Shown: positions 1-12,592 of the stretch, piece after piece
Layout of the letters: each line of letters opens with the position of its first letter
How positions within the stretch are numbered: the stretch's first letter is position 1
From: Podarcis erhardii
Taxonomy: Eukaryota
Length of the DNA stretch: 64,000 nt
Assembly (NCBI GenBank): GCA_964252035.1
Contig: CAXUOO010000219.1
Direction: 5' to 3' (one strand)
Position numbers and translations under genes: made by a program
The notes under the pieces: generated by a model
Told to the model about the DNA's origin: nothing
What the model saw: the letters and a program-made list of their open reading frames with translations, nothing else
The model's database searches: none

Positions 1-1093
1 ACAAAATACGTTTAGTGCAACACTAGAGGCAGGCAGCATCCGCATATGTTTGGCAAAGCCACTAGTTTCTGATAGTATGGTAGACTGCATCAGTCACCGG
101 CAAACGATATTTCAAGCACGACTTTTTACGAAGACATTGTGGATGAATCCAGTATGCTGGGAATTTATATCGACAAGGTTTCGACTGTCATGCTCTACGG
201 TCATGAAGTCACCTTCGAAGTTCCTACTCGAAAAGTGTTTGCATTTTATGCACGCTTGCGGCATAAATCCCAAGCTTGAAAATCAGGATTGAACCAAGCA
301 ATTCGTTTCGCGCGTGCCCGGACCGCCAAAATCGTCCACCTGATCTAGCTTCAGTGTTCTCATTGACTTTCCAATCTCAATTGGAGTCGAGCACAGTTTA
401 GAATCTTGGGCTATGGGATTCGTGGCGCTATATTCATACATAATTCCTGCTTTTTTCGACCCTGCTGATTAGTTGTGTATCATCGAGTTTCCTTTGATTG
501 ATGTACATATTAGTAGGCGCTTACATGGCCTGTGCCTAGCACAACTTGTGAGAGCATTGGTCGCTACAAATTTACTTATGTCATACTTTGTACAGGCAAA
601 AACATAACCTTCCCTTTAGACGTATGTACAACTATATATCCAGTGACTCTGTATACAATACACGCAGCACCGTCAAGTGTTTCCAGTACGCAGGTAAGTT
701 GTGGATAGATCGCGAATTACTCCAATTGAATAACTCATTTGTAAGCGGAAAGGCGTCAGTCACCCGTTCTTCCGGTATGGTATGCACGACGAGGTTGACG
801 TCGGTATGTCATTTCATGCGCATCCTCCAACTTTGTCGACGATGAGATGATTGGTAAGACAGAGTCACAGTTACATTTGATCAGAATCTTTGTTTTGTTT
901 TTTTTTCACAAGGAGTTGACACTTTCTAATCAAGAGACTAAAGTGATTTGTTTTTCGTTCAGACCCACCGGCTCCACACCAGCTCAGAAGAGACTAAGTC
1001 AATAGTTTTTCTTTCCAACCAACGGGCTTCACGGTAGCTCTTTTCCGTGTGTTCATAGTTTTCGCTTGAAGTCAGCTACCGCTGTTTAAACAT

Positions 1094-1282
1094 TTGACAC
1101 TTCCCTCCCGTTGCGGTGATAACGTTACCTTGCAGAAATCCGACATATTTATTCTGCGTCAACGTCCTCAATTTGTCGCGATGAGCAAAGCAACCAGTTC
1201 AACTGGTCACTTGACGCCTTCAATCGCCTTTTACAATGTCTACAAGACTCGCGCGAGAAGACGACCTGTAAGGATTCTTTAG
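1094..1282 (+). pseudogene. Possible plus-strand coding remnant within the duplicated block (paralog ~15270..15400)
   Basis: DNVTLQKSD vs DHVILQKSD, with synonymous third-position changes (ttg cag aaa tcc gac / ttg caa aaa tct gac). A second match is GNGSLHDRMS (~1717-1746) vs GDGILRDRMS (~15907-15936). Frames are interrupted. Confidence 0.3.
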
Positions 1283-2297
1283 TCTATATGGTTTCATACA
1301 GTTGAAATGGTCAAGAGATAGTGCAAATTCCAGTGAAAAATAAGAGACGGATATGTGTAGCAGAAAAAGGCTATCATATTCTACATGCTCTAGTGGATTT
1401 TTGTTCGTTTAAGAGTCCATAAGTGCACAAGACAACGTATACAATCAACGCTTGCCAAAGGATATTGATAGATTTATAATAGACAATTCAGTGTCTGCCC
1501 TATACGAATGGCCACGCAGCGGACTTGTCATGCAGTGGACCGCGTCAGCAGCTAGGAGGCTGAAGTTGCTGGAAAGGTTTTCAGCTTAAAATAAAACGAA
1601 GGGTATCTACCTGAAAAGTGACCAGCATAAAGAAAGGCACTGGCCGACGAATGCTGAAGTTCACACGCTTTGAATGCGTGGAAAGACAGGCTTCTTTGAG
1701 AGATGCAATTCCTTCCGGGAATGGCAGCCTACATGACAGAATGAGCCATTTGAGAGTGAGCGCCAGAATACAACATTAAGCCGGTTTGCGACTTTCATGC
1801 AGGAATTACGATTCTTCGGAGATGAAGAAGCGAGGGTGCTGCGACAAGTTGCGTCACCGGCGTAGTAAAGGGACAAATTCGATATCGAGAGATATACAGA
1901 ATCCCCTAGGCTTCTGAACTCCCTCCTCTTGCGCAACTAGTCTTGGAGGTGATGCCCCGAAAGTAATAATTCACTAAAAAGATAGCGTTTTCCATTGATT
2001 GAGGAACAGCATCGACGACCACCTCATGTAGCGACCTGGACGCTCACTTTACTCATAAAGTTGGTAAATAGTTTGCCTGATACTAATATAGTATCCACTT
2101 GATTGATCTGCTGATATTCAAACATTCACACCTTACCATGTATAATATTTAAGCTCAAAAAAATATATGCTGTGGTTTCACGTGTAGATGCAGAAGACGG
2201 AAATTGGAGCACTGAACCTCCAAAACAAATTTTTTGCATATTGCTTCAAACTTTTCTTGTTTCCGGACAAGAAAATTAGCTTGCCCACCGAAGCAAC

Positions 2298-2342
2298 TAT
2301 ATATATATATATATATATATCTATATATATATATATCTATAT
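2298..2342. repeat. (TA)n microsatellite, interrupted
   Basis: Direct reading; a paralogous tract lies at 16598..16624. Confidence 0.9.
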
Positions 2343-2687
2343 ATGTATTTACATTGTGTATATATTCTTGATTTGCAGAGTTTCAAGGAAACCGCGCTTG
2401 TCAAGGTCTCCCGGATGCTGTTTTTGTGCCTAATTGTCTGGAGAAAGCAGCAACCGGATGAGGGCGCCGTTTACATTAACCACTTCAGAATGTAATTGAC
2501 AACTGCGAAAGGAGTACAACTTGAGACACATTGATGTTGCTGTAGACATTGACTGAGTGACGAAGAAAGAGCTAAATATTTTGGAAGCGAAGGAAATTGC
2601 GTGATGCTTTTTGAAAAACGGGTTTAAGCATCGTCAAGCGATTGAAAATTACCTAGCCTTTTTCCTCTTGAAACACAACAGGCGAGC

Positions 2688-2765
2688 TTTTACCTCGCCA
2701 AGTGTACACGCACTAACACGCTTTCTCTTTTACCTCCCCAAGTGTACACGCACGAACAAGCTTTC
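2688..2765. repeat. 40-bp tandem duplication specific to copy 1
   Basis: ttttacctc(g/c)ccaagtgtacacgcac(t/g)aaca(c/a)gctttc occurs twice; copy 2 (~16958-16995) has it once. Confidence 0.8.
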
Positions 2766-3302
2766 GCTTCCTACGTACGGTGTCCAGTCAGCAGAAACTT
2801 CATCTCTCGATGTGCACAACGCAGCTCTTTCACGCAATATATAGTTTTAGCATTAACTTATTTCAAAAACGATGTACATTGTTAAGTGCCTCAATATGAT
2901 GGTCTACGATCGTGAATCAAAGAAGAGAAGTATTACACGGACGAAAGCCATGTAGTAGACAAACCTTACTAACAGTAGAACCTAATCAACGTGAAAATTG
3001 TACCTATGTTGATCTGCACCCCAGCGACCGCAAGTTTCACATTTTATATTCTAGTTTCGTCATATCTGCTCGATTTAATGCTCGCTTGCATTGCACGATG
3101 CACAAAGTAAACAAGCGTGCTAGTATCATGACTACCCTCTTTAAATCAGTTGATTTCTTTCATGCATTTGGCGGACGTGGTTAAACGGTTCTGATGCTGC
3201 AGATTAACACTATACACTAAAAGCCTTGCTCATAGCATATTTGCTTCGTTATCTCCCGGCGCTAAAACGTAGAGAGTACACAGCTACTTGCTTTTGAAAA
3301 CG

Positions 3303-6300
3303 CTACGCTACCCAGCTTTTGAAGCATACTTTTAACACCTCAGTCAACCCTGACACTTCCCATTTGTTGCATCTCCATGAAAACAGCAAAGATAGCAATG
3401 CAAACAGCTCCGGATGTACGTACTCTACTTGCGGCACAACCGCCGCACCTTGCTTCTCCAGTAGCCAGCTACGCCAGCATCGACATTGACCCACAGATGT
3501 ACCCTGCTCTGCTATTGAATGCGTAAGAACGCAACAGAAGTGTTCTGTATATTGTGCAGCACCCGTTCAACGGCAACCTGCGTACGGCCAGATGCCTGGA
3601 ACGACTGACATCTATTTATATATATCGTCTTCAGCAGTACTAGTGGATTTACTTGAACAGCTGTGCAAGGGTAAAAAATGGTACAAAGCCGCCTCTGCTT
3701 CTCGGGAATCAGGACGAACAGTTTCGTCCACTGACTGCGTAAGGCTGTGGGAGAGTTCGTGAATCCGCTTAGAAGATATATCTTGCTCTAGTCTTGTGCT
3801 TTCTTCAAGGGTGTATAGTAGTTTGCGCTTGGCTGGTGAGCTACTGATAGATTCAGCAGCTTCTGCATCTGCGGTCGCTACGTCTGGTTCCGCTGCGGCA
3901 ATGATTTGCTGTTGTTGCTGTAGCTCCGAGACGCAATGTTCTCCACACTGAAGATGAACAGCGTAACGTAATGCGCAATTTGTGCTTCTTTTGCCGGAAG
4001 TCGCAGTACACATGCCCACGGAAACGCAGACTGCAGATAAGTGGGACATCGGACAGCACAAGTCTCGGCTTATGATATCTAAATCCAGCTGGATGACAGT
4101 CACGCAAAGATATATTGCAGAGTTTTCCTCGACAGTTGATGTCGCGTGTTCACCAAACATCGCCAAGTGTAAATTCTTATATTTTCGCGCAATGCATATA
4201 TATCTCAGGCTCTCGTTCTCTTTCCCCTCTACTTAATATACACACGCAGCCCGCGTGCACTATTGTAAAGCAACCATACACAGAGTTAAGCATGAGCAAT
4301 CGAATGGAACATACACAATATATGCATTGAATATTATTTCGACACTTTTGCCTTAGCAAATTTTTCAAAGCAGTAGAGCACAAATTGATGCACACAAACG
4401 TATGTATGCAAACATATACGAATATATATGCATATGCGTACATTGTATCAGTACCTGGACAGCCGCAATGTTATATCTGTTCAGGTGCGTCTACGCAACG
4501 TTGTGCAGCTAGACAGAAGCAATTACAAACGTGCCTACAATTGTCTCTCATTTCCAAGTACGTGCAAGTAATTTGAAGCAGCGCTTGCAGACTGGTTTGT
4601 GGTTTGAGCATTTTTGAAACAGCGCTTGCAGACTGGTTTGTTGTCTGAGCTCTTCTGCAGGCCTTAGAACTGCCCTTCGTCGAGTAAAATCCTGTCTACT
4701 CGTGCTTGCCAGCCCACTGCAATTGATTTGCGAGCGTCCACTAAAGTACTTGCACTGTTGCAAAGTAGAGATGGCTGCAGGGTGCAGTTCGACTGCGACA
4801 TCGCAACGATCGAGAAAGCAGCTTTCTGATGAATTTTCCGAAAATGAAGCTGCTACTTTATCACAGCCAGCGACGTGTGGATAAGCGGCAGAAGGTGCCG
4901 GAACTTTTTTTCTTGCAACACTTTTTGAGAAAAGGCCGCCACACTTCACTGAGCAAATTTCTTTGAACTCCACGCAAAGTTAGCAGCAGATATGGCAGAA
5001 AGGGAGTGCATCCAACTGCGGCAATTGGAATCTCATGGATCATGCTTTTCGCTACATTGCAGGGGTCATAGCAAAAGAAGTTGTCTCTTGATTCTTCTGG
5101 GATACCCACGCTGCAGTTCTCCCTGCAGATGCAGAAGTTGTTATCGCTACTGTCTCGGGGGCTGCTTTCTCTGTCGTTGTCGTTGGAAGTGCCACCGCAT
5201 CTGTGCAACAGATAAAGCATTGTATGCACCAATCGGAAGCAGTACTCGGAGCCTGAAAAATTACTTTTACAGGAGAGAATGAGAGAGAAAAAACTGCTAA
5301 GTAAAGATAAGCGTCACCTCTAGTGTAGATATAAGCTGCTTCAATTTAGATGACTTCACCACCGTTAAATCTGCCGCTCAACATGCTGCGTCTGTATCGC
5401 TGAGACAGAAACTGTGATTGTGCATCGCTCTGAATTCATTCTAAATCCCCTTTTGGAATCTTCTGCCGTGCTCATCATTCCCATGACACTTGCGTCTACC
5501 GGTGACCTTCGAAGCGGGCTGCTCAAACACTGCTTTTTCTCTTTTCGTTTTTCTTTTGCAGACATGCTTGCGCTCCTCTGCAATAGCGACTGTCGTTGAG
5601 ACAGATGCTGTTGCGCACTTGTAGCAACACAGCTGCGAGCTACTGCTGAAGCTGAGCGACAGCCTGTAGAAGCGCTTTTATCAAATAGCCATCCAAAGCA
5701 GCAGTCACATCATTTTGCAAACCTTCTGTTTGCACGTTTCCTTCGTTGCTTCTCTGCACCTCCTCGCTGCTGCAGAGGCAATGCTTGCTATGTAATGCGG
5801 CCTGCGTATGATGTTGACACCTTGCAGCACAAGGACTAGCCGTAAAGAAATCGATAACGAATGGCGAATGGATTAGAATCCGAGTTTGACTCAAATGATG
5901 AACGAATATAACGGAGCTTCAAGAGGCTGGGGATTCTCTAGGTTTCTGGACCTTCCATAACAATCTTTCGCGAATCGCCTACGCTGCTGGCTCTCTGGTG
6001 GCTCTCGTTGCGTGAGCAAGCTGAGAAAAATGAAACTAGAAACACCATCAATGGAAGAGCCTCTCAACTCTTCCTTGCGACCAACGCTCCTCTTCTTCTA
6101 CTGCTGCAGCGAGGGTTTGTGTCTGCTAGCTTGGCGAGTGGTGATATTGCTCGAGACTTCGAGACCCTGCAGTTGATTCGCCTTTGGTTGCCTCATGAGT
6201 GCTGCAATATACTTTGGCTGCTTCACGATTGACATTGGGAGCACCAGCTTTGAAAACTACTGTAGGTTCCTGACTCGGTGGAATGAATGGAGTGCTATCA

Positions 6301-6460
6301 AAGTTGCTAATTGTGAGGCTAGTTTTCGCTTCTGTCGAGACTAGTGTCGAAGCTGCCGCTGGTACCACCGGACCTGCTGTCGCTACCGCTGCCATCTTCA
6401 AGATGCGTCTGGAAACTATACTGCTACAGCGGCTTTTGCTAGACTGCCTGGGGCAACAGC
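3303..6460 (-). pseudogene. Frame-broken hypothetical protein gene (copy 1); pseudogene and/or indel-damaged assembly
   Basis: ORF pieces 6126..6401, 5640..5894, 5365..5583, 4861..5232, 3612..4166 and 3303..3494 each match copy-2 peptides, for example SSSPAKRKLLYTLEESTRLEQDISSKRIHE vs SSSPAKRKLPYTLKDSVRLEKHISSKRIHE, and DNDRESSPRDSS in both. The pieces lie in different frames. No family recognised. Confidence 0.6.
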
Positions 6461-9400
6461 GTATAGAGGTGAAGTAATTTATTAGGATTTAGAGAGGAAG
6501 GCAGGGGCGAATACTTTGCATACAAAGCGGCCAAGATCATAAATTGAAGCGATTCCTTGGCTCAATTTTTTCTTTCAAAGAAAGAAAACTGTGAGCGGAC
6601 AAGCTGCCACCTACGGGTTTCGATAATGGTTCTGCTTTTCTATTTTTATCTTCCATGAAACAGCTTTGTTCTGGCCAGGGAATGGTTTGTGAAATCGCGT
6701 TAGACACTGAGGCGAAATAGCTGAAACCTATCCTTATGTAGAGCTTATGCCATTGTTCAGCGGAAAAAAATGTACACATCAAAGGGACAGAATTAATTTT
6801 TCTTCGACGTAGCAGTTATGTCCACTCAAAGTTCATCCCGGGACTGAGTATGCCACGTGAAAAGCTTTTCGCAGTACACTGCTCGCCGTCTGTACCGTTG
6901 TAGCACAAAGAAGGCCTGTGAGGACGGCCTCCCCCGTCACCTTTACAATTCACGCACTTCTGCCGCTTTTTCCTTGTAGTAGAGAGAGTTGGTTCGTTCC
7001 CTCAAATAATTGCAGATAGACTGCAGCGCTGGGGAAGCGCAAAAAAGATGACGACCGATGATTCGGTGTATCTTGCAACAAGGAGAAGACATTTTGTCTA
7101 TCGCTATGTACTATCAACTCGCTTCATGGCTGTTTTTTATAAACTGCTCAATTTTCAAGCTTGCCCCTTGCGTAGCTGCCGTCTGCATACCGACATCGAC
7201 GTACGACCGCCAGTTGCTCCGATAGGGATAACCCCCAGCCAGCTGCACACCTGATTGGCATGGCTTTCACAGGATCATCTCTATTTAAATCAGTCCACTG
7301 CTATAAATCCTAAAACGCGAGATAATGCGATAAGCTGACCGGGGCCCCCACGTAAATGGTAGAGAAAAGCGCCGCACGTTTTTTAAAATGAAACTCGCAG
7401 AGAAAAAAACGAGTTAATTTCTATTCCTTCCATATTCTTTCCATGATTCACCATTCCACCTTGACCTTGTAACTGTGGTTTCAGCTTCAGCGGCATCGCT
7501 TGCAGGCTCATGCTTCCGAGGTTCCTGTCTTGAGTGGCAGTAGATAGCAGCCCGATGTACAAAGCAGCAACTTAAAACTTTCTCTTTACTCAGTAAGAAC
7601 AGTGACTTTTGCTGTAACTTTCAAACAAATCATTCGGCTCCTCAGCGTCTGTGCTGCTGTAGTCTCAACGTTGTTGTCCGTCGACGGTTTGACTTAAAAA
7701 AAAAATCACACACTACAGAAATTAACAGCTAATGAAGTACCAACGTTTATTCAAAATAACAAAGGGGATAAGGGGTTACAACTCCTACACATGAAGATGT
7801 TGTGGGACCTGTGCAACGCCCAGAAACCGCGGTTATTCTAGCTCTGAAAAATTGTCGGCGCTTTTTTCAGCTCAATATGCTTCATAGAAAAGGTGTGAAG
7901 CGCGGATTCGCGCTTTAGAAAGCAAGCAGATTTTTCAAGTTGGTATGGTATTGTTTCATTATTCCCGTTTCACTCGCAGTGCAGTTCACCATGAGAAAAT
8001 GTGACTCTTCATGGAAGTTTCATATGCGCGGTTTGAGATATGCGGAACTGTCGGCAGTGGACGCCGTAATTGCAGGAGCCGTCTACATTATAACGTTTAT
8101 TTTTTACTTACTGTTTCTGCATTTAACTATGGTGAAATAATCGCCATGTCAATGTATATATACATATTTACGATCATTTACAGATATATGATCACAGCCA
8201 TATAATTCAACTTATTGGACTTTCCTGCGTTTGAGGTCGTGTCACAAGTGAGCACTGGGCAGGAAGCACGCCACTCACATGAAAAGTGTAGAGTTGCTGT
8301 TAGGGGAGACGGTTAGAGGAAATTTCTGCAGTCAGTGTGAGGCTATCTTTTCTATTTCTGCCCTTGTGGCTGCTGTTCTCCGCATACCACAATTCTGGGC
8401 GTTCAAAAGCGTGTAAGCCAGCTTTCAATAATTGAAGCAGAACATGCTGTCATCTGAGACAGGAAGTGGTCTTGGCTGCATATGTGAAAGCTTGCGTTCT
8501 CTTTGCAAGTATAAATGGAAGCTCAAGCTATAGGAGAATCCTATGTGATTTTGCAAGGTGAGTGACATGTAAGGAGCTCGAGAAAATTTTGAATACTAGA
8601 ATGTACCCAGCTGCGTAGCGTGAGCTCCACGCAACAGAAAAGTTTATAGGAAACGGGATCAGCACACTAGATTCTGGCGGCTTGTGTGCCTCGACTGAGC
8701 CTCCGAAGTCTGTAAAAACAATTAGAATCAATCCGCTACCCTGAGATCTTACCGAACTATTTTCAAATTCTATCGAAAACACTTTAAACGCAACGCCATC
8801 TTTTTTCAAAGCACTACTTTCCGTTTTGCAGCACATCTTCTACAGGCATCTACGGTTGAAAAAGTAAAAGGCTTTACTCCGCTCGCAGTTGTGTAGATGT
8901 TGATTATTTTCAATCTGGGTCGACAAACAAGAAATTGTGTGGAGCTGGGCAGTTGTAATTCTGTATTATATTCCCAAAAATTTTTTTTAGTAAGATCATG
9001 AATTTGCTTGAATCTCAACAAACGTTTGGCAAGATCCGTTTACTTGTAACCCGGCATCTTTTTGATGTGGTATTGTTCCGAGAATACACTCGCGTAGTGC
9101 ATTAATTACTGTAGGGTGATTTACATAATACGAGACCTCTTCTTTTTTGATGTTATGGTTGAGTTAAGCATGACAATTTGCGCAGAGTCATGCCAACCGG
9201 CGCGTCTCCAGAGAGTTATCGACTTTTTCGGCAGCACTCATGAGGTGCGGTCACCGTTTAGAACCGAGCGAAGAAAAGACCGTCGCTGAGGTTTACGCTG
9301 TCTGCAACTCCAGTGCAACCTCATTTGGTTGGCGTCTCAACTTCTCGGCGTCTCCGCTTACTTGAACCTATTATGCAGTTATAAAAAGCTGTTCGGCGCT

Positions 9401-10360
9401 TCAAAAGTTCATTAGCGTAATCCTTCCAAGCCGCTGATGTCTCACAATGTGTGAAGGTCTGGAGACTACTGGCGCTGACGAAGTAAGCACTGTGAACTGC
9501 ATTCAACGCGAATCATAGAGTAAAAGAGCGTAAGGTAATAAAAAAATGCTGACGGGCAGACGTCTATCTGTGGGTTACAATGACATACTTTGGCGAATAC
9601 AACCAACATTGAGTTAATGGACAAGACGAGAATAACGATGGTGGCTAAGACTGGAATTGGGCAATTGAGTGTAGCGGAAAGAGAATTCTGACGGCTTGGA
9701 GAATATCTGTGTTAGATGTGAACTGATGAATAACGTGACCGATCTCCTACGTCTAATTTTAACACGTCAGTGAGCGGGAATCATTGGAAATTTCAGCTGA
9801 GTGAAGAATTGAACCTTTTTTTGCGGTACTAAGAGAAAAACTTGATACATGGAACTCAACACCGTTGAAAGCGCAAGACACAGGATCACAAAGAAAAGAG
9901 ATTGGTTGTAAAATAGTAGCATGCTTTGTGCTCAGCCTTCCTGCGTGAGCGACTTCAGGTTGTGATACCAGGGTGATAATACGTAGTGCCAAGGACAGAT
10001 TTTCACTAATTCCCGCCTTCTACAAGGAAAGTGTTTTAAGCGAACGAGAGAACGCAAGTGCTAGTACAAATGATCTTTCAGAGTGGATGTTTCAACCTCA
10101 TCACAGAAAAAGAAAAAAAAACGCTGCTTGACACACCCTTTAAATCACCGCACTTTTTCATACAAAGTACCAAGTGAAATGTTAGAAATATGTAAACAAC
10201 TGATATCTACTGAATTCATCCTGACACAGCTCCGAAGTATTTTTATAATAACAACTGTTTTGCTACAGGGCTATCCAACTTTGCACTGATTCACCTGCAA
10301 ATCAATGTCAGATAATTTCATATTCAAATATGATCTATCAACTTTACGTTAACAAGTGCA

Positions 10361-12592
10361 TCAGTGACTGCTGAAGCCTAATTCCTGTGTGCCTAGCTCC
10401 TTGTTGGCAAGCGTAATTCGTGAGCTCTCCAAGTCTTCTTCTTCGTGTATCTCCTGGGATATTAAAGGCGCCATTCGCACGTAAGTACTTTCTTGTGGTT
10501 GACCTGGTACCGATGTATTTGGGAGGAGTCTTTGTTGCACATCTTCACCGACGCCGGCTTGGAAGATATCGCGTGCTTCGACTCTGGACTCACGTTTTGG
10601 GAAATAAAGAACTGAGTAGCTACACTGTAGATCATCAGTGTCGTGAACGGAATCTCGTAGATTAGACAAGCGCGACAGCTCTTTTACCTTGAATTCTTCG
10701 CCTCCCTGACAGCTTAACTCAGTATCTACCCTCCTCTCGCCTCTATATGATGTAGTGTGATCAACTCTCTCACCTTGCGCGCTCTGAATTGCACCCCAGA
10801 CACTCGGCACTAGCGCGAGCGCAACTCCCGCAGCACTCGCTGCAATTTCGAGCGATTTTATATTCATTAGTAGGGTCTCATTTATCAATTTGTCTAGAAA
10901 TACCACGCCGCCAAAAGACCCATACATGAGGCCGAAAGCGACCAAAAGTACTCCTAACGCGATGTTTTTCGAACACCTCTTGTCAACGTTGCAACACCTT
11001 GCAAAAAACGCGAAGATTCCGCACAGGCATGATACGCTCCCGGCTGCACCAAGCGATAACACAAACTCTTTGAACGGTTGGTAGGTTTCTAGTACTGGTA
11101 TATACTCAAATACTTGTAACCACTCGTCTTCTTGCTGTGGAGTAAGAATCTGTAAACTTTGAAGTATTTCCAGCTCGTCATTCTGTGGAGCGAAAATTGA
11201 CAAGGACGACAAGGCAATAAGGGCGGCGCCACCAAGAGCAAACAATGACGGAAGCCAGTTGTTTTGTAGAAGAATCGATATAGGATTTCTTGTGTCATGA
11301 GCTTCTTCAGTGCTTTCATCTTCCAGCTTTTCCATTACTTCCAAATTTGACGTCTCAGTTGTGCTCCTTCGTTTGCAAGTTTTCACGACGCACTTTCGAG
11401 TGAAGAGGCAGGTCATTAGTGCTGTTATAGCGAATCCTAGAGTTATCGAACCACTCGTGGCGAACATTTCTACACGGGAAGGATGGTTTGATGCAAAATA
11501 TCCCGTCAATCCCGCCCCACAGAAAGTAATTATGATAGAGACAAGACGGACTAGAACAGGAGGAGCACCACACACTCGGTTGAAGTTATGCACAGTCATG
11601 GGCATAGCTTTTCTCTTCCTTCGAGCTCGTCTGATCCGCTTCATGAGTAGAGAAAATCCAGAAAGGCAGCCACAAACACATGAGAGGGCACAACCGGCAA
11701 CGCAAAGCTGGACTAAGCCTGTCTGCAGTCCAATACCAAAAAGAGCAAGACCAAGAGGAATAGGTAAGTAGTGGTCGGAAGAATTTGTCATCCACCCCAC
11801 CAGATTTCTCATACATGATCTACTGTTGTTTTCACGCTCCTTTTTTTCAATAGGAGACGCGACATCCACATTCACATTCCAGCCACTACCACTGTTCAAC
11901 TTATTTTCGTGGTTGTCTTTTCTATCGAATACTAATGTTGAAGCTTCTGCTTCATCAAATGATGGAGGGCCGTCATCATCATCATTTCTCGTTGACCAGT
12001 ACTTCTCAGATTCTGTAAGCGCGTTGGAAGAAAATGATTGGTTGGTGGTAAGTTTCGAGGAACTGGCTGAACTCCAGGGACGCTCATACATGGGTGCGAT
12101 ACCTTGCGGCGGCGTAGGCGCGGGGTGCGAAGAATGAGGCGGAACATCTAAAGCTTGTGGCGTTAGGGGAGCTACCTTTGCTAGAATTTGGTGTTTTTGT
12201 TGACCATCATTTGAACAGGGTGGCAGTGGCACATCGCGAAAACCCCGACGCAAGAAATTGCGTTCTGTTCCCGTTTCAAGAGAAGAAGAATCAAACACAA
12301 CTTCCTGCTGAAACTCTGAACCATCAGGCTTTAGCAGGTTTTCCGCTGAAAAACTCTTCCATGGGCCTTCTGATACTTCAGTATTGAGAAGTTCGTTGCG
12401 GGCTTCAGTGCTACCTTCGTGCTCTAAAGCAGATGGCGAGTTTTGTGAAGGCTCATCAATCAATTGTACCCCGGCACCTTCGACAAAAAAGTAGATAGGG
12501 TTCGCCGTCAGTATGCACGACATATTGATACAAGGAGGCAAAAGTAGTAGGAAAAGCATGACGCGAAGAACAACGTACAGACAGGTCCACAT
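10361..12592 (-). CDS. Intronless hypothetical polytopic membrane protein (~743 aa): hydrophobic N-terminus (signal/anchor-like), Pro/Ser/acidic linker, roughly 7-9 Gly/Ala/Cys-rich TM segments, acidic tail
   Basis: Uninterrupted 2.2-kb ORF. The first ATG is at 12592 (MWTCLYVVLRVMLFLLLLPP); the ORF track starts at an upstream TTG. Hydrophobic segments include YLPIPLGLALFGIGL, LVSIIITFCGAGLTGYFA, WLPSLFALGGAALIALSSLSIFA and IALGVLLVAFGLMYGSFGGVVFL. Confidence 0.8.
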   Translation of the reverse strand: MWTCLYVVLRVMLFLLLLPPCINMSCILTANPIYFFVEGAGVQLIDEPSQNSPSALEHEGSTEARNELLNTEVSEGPWKSFSAENLLKPDGSEFQQEVVFDSSSLETGTERNFLRRGFRDVPLPPCSNDGQQKHQILAKVAPLTPQALDVPPHSSHPAPTPPQGIAPMYERPWSSASSSKLTTNQSFSSNALTESEKYWSTRNDDDDGPPSFDEAEASTLVFDRKDNHENKLNSGSGWNVNVDVASPIEKKERENNSRSCMRNLVGWMTNSSDHYLPIPLGLALFGIGLQTGLVQLCVAGCALSCVCGCLSGFSLLMKRIRRARRKRKAMPMTVHNFNRVCGAPPVLVRLVSIIITFCGAGLTGYFASNHPSRVEMFATSGSITLGFAITALMTCLFTRKCVVKTCKRRSTTETSNLEVMEKLEDESTEEAHDTRNPISILLQNNWLPSLFALGGAALIALSSLSIFAPQNDELEILQSLQILTPQQEDEWLQVFEYIPVLETYQPFKEFVLSLGAAGSVSCLCGIFAFFARCCNVDKRCSKNIALGVLLVAFGLMYGSFGGVVFLDKLINETLLMNIKSLEIAASAAGVALALVPSVWGAIQSAQGERVDHTTSYRGERRVDTELSCQGGEEFKVKELSRLSNLRDSVHDTDDLQCSYSVLYFPKRESRVEARDIFQAGVGEDVQQRLLPNTSVPGQPQESTYVRMAPLISQEIHEEEDLESSRITLANKELGTQELGFSSH

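Larger units (their letters stand above)
1..6510. repeat. Segmental duplication, copy 1 (left edge runs off the window); direct paralog of ~14290..21125
   Basis: Collinear similarity along the whole block. There is an identical 43-mer at 3078..3120 and 17298..17340, and an identical 49-mer at 6369..6417 and 20984..21032. Shorter anchors include caacactagaggcag near position 20 vs ~14312, ttttatgcacgctt at ~245 vs ~14538, agacgacctgta at ~1258 vs ~15430, and a (TA)n tract at the paralogous position. Similarity is lost beyond ~6510. Confidence 0.9.

Noticed and set aside
6510-10300. Short ORFs such as 8528..8836 as genes, or as a relic paralog of the membrane protein
   Set aside because: No recognisable motifs, no consistent splice chain and no convincing similarity. 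Left unannotated, although small exons cannot be excluded.
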